Made by a program: the position numbers and the translations under genes. From contig JAFSUM010000023.1 in the NCBI GenBank assembly GCA_017445245.1, positions 6,115 through 70,114 on the forward strand: a DNA stretch of 64,000 nucleotides, in the 5' to 3' direction. Below are positions 28,872-38,268 of this stretch, one piece after another. Below the pieces are notes generated by a model, which saw nothing but the letters and a program-made list of their open reading frames with translations, was not told the DNA's origin and made no database searches. Positions within the stretch are counted from its first letter, which is position 1, and the number at the start of each line of letters is the position of its first letter. The stretch is from Bacilli bacterium (GTDB lineage: Bacteria > Bacillota_I > Bacilli_A > RFN20 > CAG-826).

Positions 28872-29926
28872 AAATCAAAGGAGGCGAAAGCCTTTTTTCT
28901 TTGGACGAATTGGAATAGACGGGGCAAGGCGAAAGAAAGGTAACCATAGGAATCCGAGGTCACGATACCAAGTTTTAGGAGGCGATCGCGATACGTGGAG
29001 TAAGAATTCTTCGAGATCGTCGAACGCTCGATGATGTCTTTGGCCTTGTTTTCTTTGGAGGAGGCGAAACCGAAGAGGAACTCTTTCTCCTTTTTCGTTA
29101 AATCGTCCCAAAGTTTGCCGTAATTGATTTCTTCGAGAATCTTATCGAATTCGAAAAGAACGTCATCGTCGATATCTTTCTTCCCCATACGGAAAAGAAT
29201 CGAGCCGAGGATTTGATACGCGCTGGCATACCCTTCCGTTAAAGCCGCGCATTTGTTAGCAACTTCTTCCGATAGTCCTAGCGTTTCTTTATAAGAACGC
29301 GCGATCGCATAAAGATTTAAAGAGCCTACATCGATTTTCGGAGCGCGATAGATAAAGGTCAGGGTCTGGTTGTTCTCTAGGTTGCTCACGTTCTCGTTTA
29401 TGCCCGTCGCTAGAAGATAAATCGGATGGCCATCGCCAACCATGTTCTTAAAGGTATGGGCAAAGATCTTCATGTTTTGCCCATTCGCGATTTCATCGAT
29501 GGTCACGAGAACTCTTTTCCCGTGTTTTTCCAAGATGGTCATCATCTTTTCAAGCAGCGTTTCGATGTTCTTTACGGGATTCTCGCCTTCAATCGAGAAA
29601 CCGAAACCATGGAAAGAGAAATCGAAAGCCGGCTTCAGGAAGTATTTCTTTAACGAACCTTTCTCATAAAGCTTCGACGCGATACCTTCCAGTATATCCA
29701 TTTCAGGATTGACGTTGACGGTAATCCATTCCTCCAACTGCTCAAATTGCTTCCGCAGATAATTGAGCATAACGGTTTTCCCAGAACCTCTAACGCCCTT
29801 CAAAATAAAGACATTAGAACCATTTTTCGCGCGGAAAAACTCGGAAAATACCTGATTTACGATATCGTCTCGAGCGATGAATTGTTCGGGAACGACACCA
29901 AACGTTAAAGTGAATGGATTATCCAT
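28868..29926 (-). CDS. P-loop ATPase of the archaeal-ATPase/ORC-like type with a C-terminal wHTH
   Basis: FIARDD..ILKGVRGSGKTVMLNYL Walker A, VLVTIDEI Walker B and a C-terminal LTKKEKEFL..wHTH. The second ATG (29926) is 7 nt from GGAGG. Confidence 0.65.
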   Translation of the reverse strand: MDNPFTLTFGVVPEQFIARDDIVNQVFSEFFRAKNGSNVFILKGVRGSGKTVMLNYLRKQFEQLEEWITVNVNPEMDILEGIASKLYEKGSLKKYFLKPAFDFSFHGFGFSIEGENPVKNIETLLEKMMTILEKHGKRVLVTIDEIANGQNMKIFAHTFKNMVGDGHPIYLLATGINENVSNLENNQTLTFIYRAPKIDVGSLNLYAIARSYKETLGLSEEVANKCAALTEGYASAYQILGSILFRMGKKDIDDDVLFEFDKILEEINYGKLWDDLTKKEKEFLFGFASSKENKAKDIIERSTISKNSYSTYRDRLLKLGIVTSDSYGYLSFALPRLFQFVQRKKAFASFDF

Positions 29927-29949
29927 AAGCATACCTCCGAGTGTATTTT

Positions 29950-30016
29950 TTCATAACTCTTCATAACTTTCAATTTCTTTCATAACTTCGAAAATCTTTC
30001 ATAACTCTTCATAACT
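29950..30016. repeat. Five copies of the 9-mer TTCATAACT in the leader/promoter of the ATPase gene
   Basis: Copies start at 29950, 29960, 29979, 29998 and 30008, giving symmetric spacings of 10, 19, 19 and 10. A 20-bp block, TTCATAACTCTTCATAACTT, occurs twice. Confidence 0.85.
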
Positions 30017-30019
30017 TTT

Positions 30020-30056
30020 TTAGTGAACTAAAGTTCAGTGAAGATAGGTTCACTAA
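30020..30056. promoter_or_regulatory. Operator-like inverted repeat TTAGTGAAC-N19-GTTCACTAA
   Basis: The 9-bp arms at 30020-30028 and 30048-30056 are perfectly complementary. An inner imperfect copy, GTTCAGT, lies at 30033-30039. Confidence 0.5.
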
Positions 30057-30077
30057 ATATTCCTGCCGCTAGAACGC

Positions 30078-30106
30078 AAAAGAAAGGCCCGCGGTTTTCG
30101 CGGGCC
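30078..30106 (-). terminator. Rho-independent terminator of the sugar-transferase gene
   Basis: GGCCCGCG-GTTTT-CGCGGGCC, followed on the minus strand by TTTCTTTT. Confidence 0.7.
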
Positions 30107-30117
30107 CATCGTATTGC

Positions 30118-30855
30118 TTAGGAGTTCTTGGAGGCCTGGTTGACGGCTTTCGAATAGCCAACGCAGGAAGGAATCGTCATCATGAGCAACTTGGCGTCAT
30201 ACCAGAGGGAACGACGGGAGAAGTAATCCATGACGAGCCTCTTGCGGGAACCAGAGCTCCAAGTGTCGTCATTACGGCCGTACACCTGCCAGGAACCAGT
30301 GATACCCGGACGGACAGAGAGTACGAGCGACCTCTCGTCCACCGAGAAGTTGGAGTAGACCTCCTTCTTGGTGACGGGGCGAGGCCCGACGAGAGACATA
30401 TCGCCAAGGAGGACGTTGAGGAACTGCGGGATCTCATCGATGGAGGTCTTGCGCAGTAACGAGCCGAAGCGCGTAACGCGCGGGTCGTTAGTCACTTTCC
30501 TCTCGTGACGGTACTGACGCATCTGGGAACGGTTCAGGTACTTGCCAGGGTTGCTTTCGGCGTCCTTGACCATCGTGCGGAACTTGAAGACCCAGATGGA
30601 TTTGCCGTCCTTGCCAAGACGTTCGTCGCGGTAGATCGGCATAGCTTTGCTCGAGATGGCCGCCCCGATGGCTACAAAGATGCCGATGGGTAGGAACAAC
30701 GCGAGCACGAGCAAGGAGAAAAGGATGTCCGCCGCCCGCTTGAAGAAACGATAGCCAAAACGGCCTTCGCCCTCCTTCTTCGCGGAAGGAGCTACGAAGC
30801 TATGGTTCAGCGCATAACCGCCGACGTAACCGAGTTCCTTTTCCATGGGTGTCAT
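30118..30855 (-). CDS. Undecaprenyl-phosphate sugar phosphotransferase (bacterial sugar transferase, WbaP/EpsL-like)
   Basis: [15 protein letters not shown] helix, FKFRTM, and [24 protein letters not shown] at 30855 is preferred over the long track extension. Confidence 0.85.
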   Translation of the reverse strand: MTPMEKELGYVGGYALNHSFVAPSAKKEGEGRFGYRFFKRAADILFSLLVLALFLPIGIFVAIGAAISSKAMPIYRDERLGKDGKSIWVFKFRTMVKDAESNPGKYLNRSQMRQYRHERKVTNDPRVTRFGSLLRKTSIDEIPQFLNVLLGDMSLVGPRPVTKKEVYSNFSVDERSLVLSVRPGITGSWQVYGRNDDTWSSGSRKRLVMDYFSRRSLWYDAKLLMMTIPSCVGYSKAVNQASKNS

Positions 30856-31185
30856 TTTCTTGCTCTTTTCCAGCCCACCCTTCGGTGGACTTCGCAAAAC
30901 TATAGGCTTCCCTATATGCGCGAGCAAGGAAATGGCGGTATGTCGGCATTTGGCGGAATCGTAGTTCGGCCAAAACACCGTCATTTAATATGGTTAAGTT
31001 TGTCAATTTAATGGCTTGAAAGTAACAAATGTAAAGGCTTACATTTTGTTTTTTCTAACATTTTCTTTCGATAGTATCTAACTTTTTACGAAAACAGGAC
31101 TTTGAGCGTCGATTATTTGTCAGTCGCGTTTCTTTAGCGGTTTTCCAGCGTCAGCCGCAGTTTTTTGGCGTTCTACCCAAATCGC

Positions 31186-33015
31186 CTACTTTTCGTCGGA
31201 TTCGGGAAGATGGCTTCGCGCATCCACGTTCGCGAGCGTGCACGCGTAGAAATATTCGACTGCCCCACCGGTTAAGATGTTAGGTTCCCGCAAATCCAAA
31301 AGAAGCAAGCGAAGGATTAACGAGAGCAAGAAGGGCAGGAAGATAACCGCAAGGACCGAAAGAGCGTCCAAAGGCAAAGCGACGATAGCAATGCAGGCAA
31401 TAAGGCCTAGATACAAGCAGCAAGTATCTTCGAGAAGCTCATAGAACTTTTCTTTCTTTGCAAAGAAGATGATCAGTAGCGTAGTCAAACCGACGATCGC
31501 AATGCTCGAAGCGACGATCCACGCGTAGGGGCGCGGGATGAAGCCAACGCATAAGGCAAGCACCCCAACCAAAATGGGCGCCCAATAACGTTTTAGAACC
31601 TCTAAAAGATACGCACTTCCAAACGTCTTCTCAGGAGGTTCAGAAACACTGACGAGGTTATTCTCCGAAAGAACCGGCATGAGGATGAGATACAAGTAGG
31701 CCAATACGGGGAAGGTGATATCGAAGATAAAGGCACTTTCGACGATGCCACGCCCTAACATCATGATGGCAAATAGTAACGGCACGAAATAGTCGCGGAA
31801 GGATTTCTTCGCGCGTAATACATAGATGCGAGCAACGTAGACAAATAGGGCGATAAAGCAGCCTAGGCGTAAAACGCCGCCCCTGCCTAGCATTTCTAAT
31901 ACAAAGTTATGCGCGCTTCCAATACGCGGAATATCCATGGCAGCGGAAAGAAGATATGGAAAGAAGAGATCCCCTTGTCCGAAAACCCAATAGATAGGCG
32001 ATTGGTTGGTTAAGGAAACCGCGCTACTCCAGATTGCCTCGCGGCTAAAAACATTCGAACCACCTTCGTCTTTAAAGAAGGAAACAAAGGCATTCCATAA
32101 CGAAGGGAAGAAGTTCGGTTTTATGATGCCAATAACGACAAAACCCACGATAAATACGAGAATTGTCCCTAGGGGTATTACGGCGTTTTTCCATGCAAAA
32201 CGCTTTTCTTTTGTTAAACGTATCGCCCGATAAACCAAGTAAGTGATATAGGTGACAACCGTCATTAGGATCGCGGCTTTTGAACCCGTAAATAGAATCG
32301 CGACCATGAATAAGGCAATAAGCAGGTAACGCCACCTTCGTTCCGTAAGTTCTAATAAGAAGATCTCGCCAAACATACCGATAAGAAGGTAATAGGCATA
32401 GACGTTCTTTTGTCCTAGATAAGAAACAATGGAGGCAAAGAAGAGACCTTTGTTTAATGCCTTGCCATATTCAGCCCATTCAAAGATAAGACTATAGATT
32501 AAGGTAGATAAGGCGATGAGGACGAAGACACGGACAATAAGGTGACCCGATGCCCTGCATTTACGGGAAGAGGGGAAGAAATTGAAGAAGATAAATAACG
32601 TTAAGGCCGTTAGTAACGCGAAACAAATCGACTCAGCCCGGATAAGAAAGGAAGAATCATCGACGATTACAACACCTTGTCTACCCGCATGAGAAGATAA
32701 CGCCCCATGGCATAACGTGCCGATAATCGCGCCTATGGCATAAATACTAAAAAGGATAAGGTAGAACTTATTGATCTTGACCTTAAATACCCCTATTCCA
32801 AATAGCATTGAAATAACCCCTAAGCAGAAGGAAAGGGCCGCCAGGGTAAAGAATAAGGTTGGCTGGTTTCTTGCCGCATTCGTGCCAAATGCGAAAAGAG
32901 GAATCTGCAACGCGCAGACAGATGAAGCAAAGAAGCAAAACAAAATGAACCCAAAGGCAAAATAAGGTAAGCCAAAGCCCTTATTCTCTTTGCTTTCCAT
33001 TTTTTCTTCCCTCAT
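31186..33015 (-). CDS. O-antigen ligase/polymerase-like (Wzy_C) polytopic membrane protein
   Basis: At least 12 TM helices, with a Wzy_C-like segment FTGSKAAILMTVV. The glycopolymer context supports the call. Confidence 0.65.
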   Translation of the reverse strand: MREEKMESKENKGFGLPYFAFGFILFCFFASSVCALQIPLFAFGTNAARNQPTLFFTLAALSFCLGVISMLFGIGVFKVKINKFYLILFSIYAIGAIIGTLCHGALSSHAGRQGVVIVDDSSFLIRAESICFALLTALTLFIFFNFFPSSRKCRASGHLIVRVFVLIALSTLIYSLIFEWAEYGKALNKGLFFASIVSYLGQKNVYAYYLLIGMFGEIFLLELTERRWRYLLIALFMVAILFTGSKAAILMTVVTYITYLVYRAIRLTKEKRFAWKNAVIPLGTILVFIVGFVVIGIIKPNFFPSLWNAFVSFFKDEGGSNVFSREAIWSSAVSLTNQSPIYWVFGQGDLFFPYLLSAAMDIPRIGSAHNFVLEMLGRGGVLRLGCFIALFVYVARIYVLRAKKSFRDYFVPLLFAIMMLGRGIVESAFIFDITFPVLAYLYLILMPVLSENNLVSVSEPPEKTFGSAYLLEVLKRYWAPILVGVLALCVGFIPRPYAWIVASSIAIVGLTTLLIIFFAKKEKFYELLEDTCCLYLGLIACIAIVALPLDALSVLAVIFLPFLLSLILRLLLLDLREPNILTGGAVEYFYACTLANVDARSHLPESDEK

Positions 33016-33074
33016 GGTGTTAAGTATAGTCGATTATCGTTCTTGTGCGTTTTGGATAATCGCGAATGGGGCGT

Positions 33075-33461
33075 CTATTGAATTAGAGCTTTTAGAACCG
33101 TTCCAAGCGGAATCGCATATGTTCTCTTTTCAGAATCTATTTCGACGAAGCCAAAACGTTCATAAAAGCCTCTGGCCGAATCCTTCACGTCGACAAGGAT
33201 AAAAGCGGTTCCAGCATGGGGGGAGATGGAAAGAATGCGGCGAAAAGCATATTTAAGAGCAAGGGCTCCATAGCCTTTTCGTTGCCACTTTTTCGAGACG
33301 GCCAAACGAGCGATTCGAATGGCCGAAATCTGATATCGTGGCAAGCCTTTCGCGATGGAGGTGGGTAGCTCCTCAAATCCAATTTGTGCGGAGGAAAGAG
33401 TATAAAAGGCAACAATGTGTCCTTCTTCTAAAAGGACGAAAGTCTTCCCGACACCTTTTTG
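33075..33461 (-). pseudogene. GNAT acetyltransferase remnant (toxin-like small GNAT), N-terminally disrupted
   Basis: The GNAT core IARLAVSKKWQRKGYGALAL is intact. The frame is open only from 33461, with a stop at 33462-33464 and no ATG before 33344. Upstream sequence continues in another frame (..LAGQMTK) across an A-run. Confidence 0.45.
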
Positions 33462-33563
33462 TCATCTGGCCCGCAAGAGGAGGAGAAAAGGCTTTCCTTG
33501 ATCTCAAATCGTTTGATTGCTTTGCAATAACATGAATTATCCAATCAGAATTTTGCTTTTTTT

Positions 33564-33627
33564 GAAATCGTTTTGTGTTGTTTTTTACATTTTGCGAAAT
33601 CGTTTTGTGTTGTTTTTTACATTTTGC
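33564..33627. repeat. Perfect 32-bp tandem duplication (GAAATCGTTTTGTGTTGTTTTTTACATTTTGC x2)
   Basis: Read directly at 33564-33595 and 33596-33627, immediately upstream of the next ATPase gene. Confidence 0.95.
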
Positions 33628-33661
33628 GAAGATGTGGTATGATTGGTTTGAGGCACGGAAC

Positions 33662-35089
33662 ATGGAGCAAACAATCGATTTAAAACGCAAGGCTTACAAG
33701 ATGCTCGAACATTGGAACGCCAATCCCGATAAAGTTCCTTTGATCGTGGATGGTCTTCGCCAAGTTGGAAAGAGTTATATCGTTGATAAGTTCGCCCGTG
33801 AGCATTATGAGAATGTCATCACTTATGACTTCCGCCACAACAAGGTATTGCGAAAGATCTTCGACGGTAACTTGGATGTTAACTCAATCATCATTAATTC
33901 CGCCCCCTACTTTCCCGACAAAGAGTTCGTACCGTTTAAGACGGTGCTGATCTTTGAAGAGATCGGCGACTGTCCGCTAGCAAGAACTTCTTTTAAAAGC
34001 TTTGCGTTAGACAAAAGGTTTTCTATCATCGCCACGGGCAGTTTGCTTGGTACCTTGAATTATCGTCGGAAGCAAAAAGCCGACATTCCCACCGGCTTCG
34101 AAGATACGCTAGAAATGTCCTCCCTCGACTTTGAAGAATTCCTTTGGGCAAATGGCGTCGAAGAGAAAAACATCGACGTTTTAAAGGGTTATACGGCACG
34201 AAAAGAAGAATTGCCACCCGCGCTTGCAGAATTTTATAAGGAAATGTTAAAGCGCTACGTCGTCGTCGGTGGAATGCCCGACGCCGTTAAGGATTTCCTA
34301 AAGACAAACAATTACGTGAAATCACGGCAAACACTGGAAGGCCTCATTCGGGACTACCGCGGTGATTTCGCCCGCTTTATTAACGACAAAGGCGAAGAGG
34401 AAATCGACTATCGTCTCCAAGCTCAACTAAACCAGATTCTAGACTCGATCCCCTCCCAGTTAGCCAGAGAAAGCGATACCCATAAATTCAAGTATTCAGA
34501 AGTCAAAAAGGGTGGAAGGTCTTCCGAGTTCCAAGAACCCTTCGATTGGTTGGAAAAAGCTGGTTTGGTTTTAAAATGTTCCAACCTGACCGCTATCGAA
34601 AAACCATTAGAAGCCAACGCGGATAAAACATCGTTCAAGGCTTTTATTTCCGATATCGGTTTATTGATGGCGATGTATCCTCTTTCAACATCGCAAGATT
34701 TTTTAAGAGACGAGCTCGATAGCCGAAAAGGGGCCATCTTTGAAAACCTCGCCGCGACGATGCTACATAAAGCCGGTTTCCCGCTTTACTATTTCTCAAA
34801 CGGAAACCAGCATTTGGAAATCGATTTTGTTTTTGAAGGCGATAAGGGCATCGTTTTATTAGAGGAGAAATCCGTAAACGGAAAGATGGCGGCCTCAAGA
34901 GCCGTCATGCAGGGCAAAACCCCTTATAAGGCAGAAGTATGCTACAAAGTCATCCGCAACAACTTCGGTCAAGGCGACTTCTATACCAGCGTCCCTCACT
35001 ATGCGGTGCCTTTCCTTTTGGAAGGCGTCGTCAAAGAACTCCAAAAAGGCATCGAACTAAAGCCCTTAGAATATCCAGGCGTGAATTAA
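33662..35089 (+). CDS. AAA_14 / DUF4143-type ATP-binding protein
   Basis: LIVDGLRQVGKSYIV Walker A, VLIFEEI Walker B and a C-terminal DUF4143-like HLEIDFVFE..LLEEKS block. ATG at 33662 (MEQTIDL) is preferred. Confidence 0.8.
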   Translation: MEQTIDLKRKAYKMLEHWNANPDKVPLIVDGLRQVGKSYIVDKFAREHYENVITYDFRHNKVLRKIFDGNLDVNSIIINSAPYFPDKEFVPFKTVLIFEEIGDCPLARTSFKSFALDKRFSIIATGSLLGTLNYRRKQKADIPTGFEDTLEMSSLDFEEFLWANGVEEKNIDVLKGYTARKEELPPALAEFYKEMLKRYVVVGGMPDAVKDFLKTNNYVKSRQTLEGLIRDYRGDFARFINDKGEEEIDYRLQAQLNQILDSIPSQLARESDTHKFKYSEVKKGGRSSEFQEPFDWLEKAGLVLKCSNLTAIEKPLEANADKTSFKAFISDIGLLMAMYPLSTSQDFLRDELDSRKGAIFENLAATMLHKAGFPLYYFSNGNQHLEIDFVFEGDKGIVLLEEKSVNGKMAASRAVMQGKTPYKAEVCYKVIRNNFGQGDFYTSVPHYAVPFLLEGVVKELQKGIELKPLEYPGVN

Positions 35090-35283
35090 TATTGGCACCC
35101 GTTTTCCGTCCAAATGCCATCGTTACAAAACACCGGCATATGGCGGTCGCTGATAGGAATCGCCGATGCGCGCGAAACGAGTTCGATAACGTACCCCTGA
35201 AGATGTATTTGTTTGCGGTGGGCAGGCTATATACGTCTTTAAGGTTTTTCCAAAAACGATAGTGAGCCCGAGAGAAAGAACGC

Positions 35284-37977
35284 TCATTCAGCGACTATTT
35301 TGGCCAAGACGGAAACCAAATCGGAAGCAATGGCCGGATCCTCTACGCGCAAAATCGTTTCCTCCTTCTGCCCGTACATAAAAGGATTCACGCCTCCGTA
35401 GTAGACGATTCGTTTATCGATTATCACCATGTTTGGAAGCTCGACAGAAACCCGTTTCGCCTCTAACGAATCAAGCGCAGGCGATTTCGCGCCGACATAA
35501 CAGGAATATGGACAGGCAAGTTTGTTCATCATAGAACGCAAGCGTGCCTCATGAAAATAGGAACAAGTGAGGAGGACGCTTTCTTTCGCGCCTTCCAAAT
35601 CGGAAAACAGGCGATCGCCGTAATCCTTTCCGGAAAGGATTTCGCTTCGATATTTCGCATCGGGGGCAACGACTTGGTACCCGAGTTGGAAATAGCCTTT
35701 CTCGCGTTCGCGGTACATCCTGGAGAACGCCGGCACCAAAGAGTCGACGTAATCGTAGACATCTACGTGCTTAATCGCGCCTTTCTTGCGTTGCAGACGC
35801 CCGCAATACTGGGCGAGTATTCCTTTCCAGCGGAACGGATAGGTAACGAAAAGGGCATTGAAGCGATGGTCATCGAAACCTTCGCCAATGTACTTACCGA
35901 TGGAAACGACAACGAAAGGATGCTCCCCGAACGCGGCGATTCTGTCTTCGTTCTCCTTTCGTTCCGCCTTCTCCTGTGCGCCATAAACAAGGGCGATTGA
36001 GGAAATTGACGGAGAAAGCAAATCATAGAGGATCCTGGCGTGCTTTATCTGTTCGGTTAGCAAAAGAACCGTCGAGCCCGCCTCAAAGGCTTCTTTGACA
36101 TCCGCGACGATGAGGCGATTCCTTTCTTTGTCGAGGATGGCTTCTTGGAAGAGGCCGGAAATATCCGTGCTACCCCGCGGGGAGGAGAATTTTGTAAAAC
36201 GCGGATGATAACGTTTGATGAAATCGCCCGTTTCTTTATCGACGTTGGCCTCGATGAGAGGTCCCACGGCATGAAAGACAAAGTCTTCGCGCTCGTCCGA
36301 TCTCTCCGGCGTAGCCGTTAGGCCATATAGGTATTTCGGCGCGATACTCCGCAACGCTTCTTCGAATTTAACCGCCCCCAGATGATGGACTTCGTCGACG
36401 ATGACCATGCCGTATTTCCGCGCGTTTTGACGGAAATCCTCGTTTCGGACCAGCGATTGGATAGTCGCGATATCTACGATACCCGTTCGTTTGTCGCCTT
36501 TTCCGGAAAGATAACCGATGCATTTTGTCGCATCCCCATCCTCGTATCGAAGATGTTCTATCAATTTGCTCTTCCATTGTTCCAACAACGTTATCGAAGG
36601 AACGAGAATCAGCGTATTGACTCTCTTTTTGGCCATCAAGGCGATCCCAAGGACGGTTTTGCCAAACCCAGTCGGGGCGGAAATGACGGCCGAATCGTGC
36701 TCTAACGCACGTTCGAGCAAGGTGGCCTGGTCTTCCCGTAACGAAGCGCCCAAAGAGAAATCGGCATATTCCCCACGGGTGAGAGAAGTGTTCACCACAT
36801 ATTGGATCCCCTTGGCTTTGAATAGCGTAAGCAAGGGTTCCTTATAGCCACGGGGCAAACGGAAGAAACGTTCGTCTTTCTTATAGCTGCATAGGAACCT
36901 TGGCACGTTGTGGAGGTTTCCCCGAATGGCCGATATCTTGTAATACTCCTTGTTCGGCATGCTCGTCAGTCGAATAAGAAACCGTTCGGAACGCGATGTC
37001 AGTTCGAGGTTCGGTATGAAGATATCGCCTGCGATATCAACGTGCACGACGGGGGCGAAATCATCTTTCGATAGAGGCATTTGCAACGCCTTCATCCCCA
37101 ATAGTCCGTGTTCCTCCATCCGAGCGGCAAAGCCGAGCAGTTCTTCGACTTTGCCTTTGGACACTTTCCGTATGGTGGAAAGGTACTTAATTTGTTCTTT
37201 GGCCACCGAGAAATCAGGCTTTAGGAAAACGGTGTTCCCCTCTTTGGCGAAATCGACGTTCAATGGAAGGGCGACGCAATTGCCAAAGCCGCCTTTTTCC
37301 ACTTTGTCTTGGTTTGGGAAGACGCGGTCGTAGGAATCGAGCCCAACTCCGCCAAACGTATCCATGGTCTTTGTCAAAACGTAATTGGCGATCTTCCACA
37401 CATCCGCGGCTTTGATTTTTTCTTCGAAGAAAACCCATACATGTATGCCATGCCCCGATTGCGAGCGTTCCATCAAGGGCATAATCGACAAGGAGCGCAA
37501 GGTCGCGCACAACTTCTTCGTATCCTCGAGATAAGAAGATTTATCCATATCGAAGACGAGCAACTTCACGTAATTGCCTTCCATGATGGGGTATAGACCC
37601 TTCATCTTGCGCTTGTCGAACATGTGCTCCAGGATGGCTTCGGCATCGAGGGTCTTGGGCGCGTAAGCCAGGCAATGCTTGCAATGGCTATTGCGGATGT
37701 CGCAGCCTCTTTCCTGCTTCCATTTGTTCTTGCAGGCGAGCGAATAGCCTTTCTTTCCGTTTGCGTTTTCGTAACGCTCGGCATAGGCATCTTCGCGGCC
37801 GACGAAATAATCCATGTAGATGGCGGTTTTGTCTTTCGCGCTATATTCGATATCCAGAAGCGGCAAGGTGTCCGTTTCTTCCATCGCTCCGTATTTCTCT
37901 TCGTATTTGGTTAATTGTTCGCGCAGACGATAAAGCTCCATGAGGAGTTCTTCTTTCGTCATCGCTTCATAAACCAT
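35284..37977 (-). CDS. Archaeo-eukaryotic primase (AEP)-like domain fused to an SF2 DEAD/DEAH helicase and a degenerate PLD-like C-terminus (TOTE-conflict-system-like)
   Basis: AEP motifs LLVFDMDK, SQSGHGIHVWVFF and GNCVALPL. Helicase motifs APTGFGKT, VIVDEVHHL, GLTATPER and QYCGRLQR. The C-terminus NMVIIDKRIVYYGGVNPF is PLD-like without HxK. Confidence 0.75.
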   Translation of the reverse strand: MVYEAMTKEELLMELYRLREQLTKYEEKYGAMEETDTLPLLDIEYSAKDKTAIYMDYFVGREDAYAERYENANGKKGYSLACKNKWKQERGCDIRNSHCKHCLAYAPKTLDAEAILEHMFDKRKMKGLYPIMEGNYVKLLVFDMDKSSYLEDTKKLCATLRSLSIMPLMERSQSGHGIHVWVFFEEKIKAADVWKIANYVLTKTMDTFGGVGLDSYDRVFPNQDKVEKGGFGNCVALPLNVDFAKEGNTVFLKPDFSVAKEQIKYLSTIRKVSKGKVEELLGFAARMEEHGLLGMKALQMPLSKDDFAPVVHVDIAGDIFIPNLELTSRSERFLIRLTSMPNKEYYKISAIRGNLHNVPRFLCSYKKDERFFRLPRGYKEPLLTLFKAKGIQYVVNTSLTRGEYADFSLGASLREDQATLLERALEHDSAVISAPTGFGKTVLGIALMAKKRVNTLILVPSITLLEQWKSKLIEHLRYEDGDATKCIGYLSGKGDKRTGIVDIATIQSLVRNEDFRQNARKYGMVIVDEVHHLGAVKFEEALRSIAPKYLYGLTATPERSDEREDFVFHAVGPLIEANVDKETGDFIKRYHPRFTKFSSPRGSTDISGLFQEAILDKERNRLIVADVKEAFEAGSTVLLLTEQIKHARILYDLLSPSISSIALVYGAQEKAERKENEDRIAAFGEHPFVVVSIGKYIGEGFDDHRFNALFVTYPFRWKGILAQYCGRLQRKKGAIKHVDVYDYVDSLVPAFSRMYREREKGYFQLGYQVVAPDAKYRSEILSGKDYGDRLFSDLEGAKESVLLTCSYFHEARLRSMMNKLACPYSCYVGAKSPALDSLEAKRVSVELPNMVIIDKRIVYYGGVNPFMYGQKEETILRVEDPAIASDLVSVLAKIVAE

Positions 37978-38268
37978 GGAGTGATTTAATCTTTATGTTC
38001 ATCATGATAAAACGATGGATGGTTGTCGAGAAGAACATATAGAGGAAACAGACTGCTGAGTCATACCCTGGTCTTTACAATGCCCATGAATGAGGCCCCC
38101 TTTGCAGGGTTGCGGTTTGTCAGCACAATGCAGGCGCAATGGAAACGAGGTCACTTCAGCAATAGCTTAGGCAACTTCAACAAAACCGAAATGTCCGCGT
38201 CTTCAATTCCGACAACGCAGGAAAAGAGCCGGCAGATCTACCGCGACCGAGTCAACAAAATCGCTTGT

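Noticed and set aside
29950-30016. CRISPR array or minisatellite interpretation of the TTCATAACT repeats
   Set aside because: The units are only 9 bp, with 1-10-bp gaps between copies, which is far too short for CRISPR repeats and spacers. No cas genes are present. I kept them as a probable protein-binding array.
31036-31075. Hairpin AAATGTAA-AGGC-TTACATTT plus T-run, considered as a terminator
   Set aside because: The T-run is on the plus strand, but both flanking genes are on the minus strand. On the minus strand no T-run follows the stem, so its function is unclear and it is probably fortuitous.
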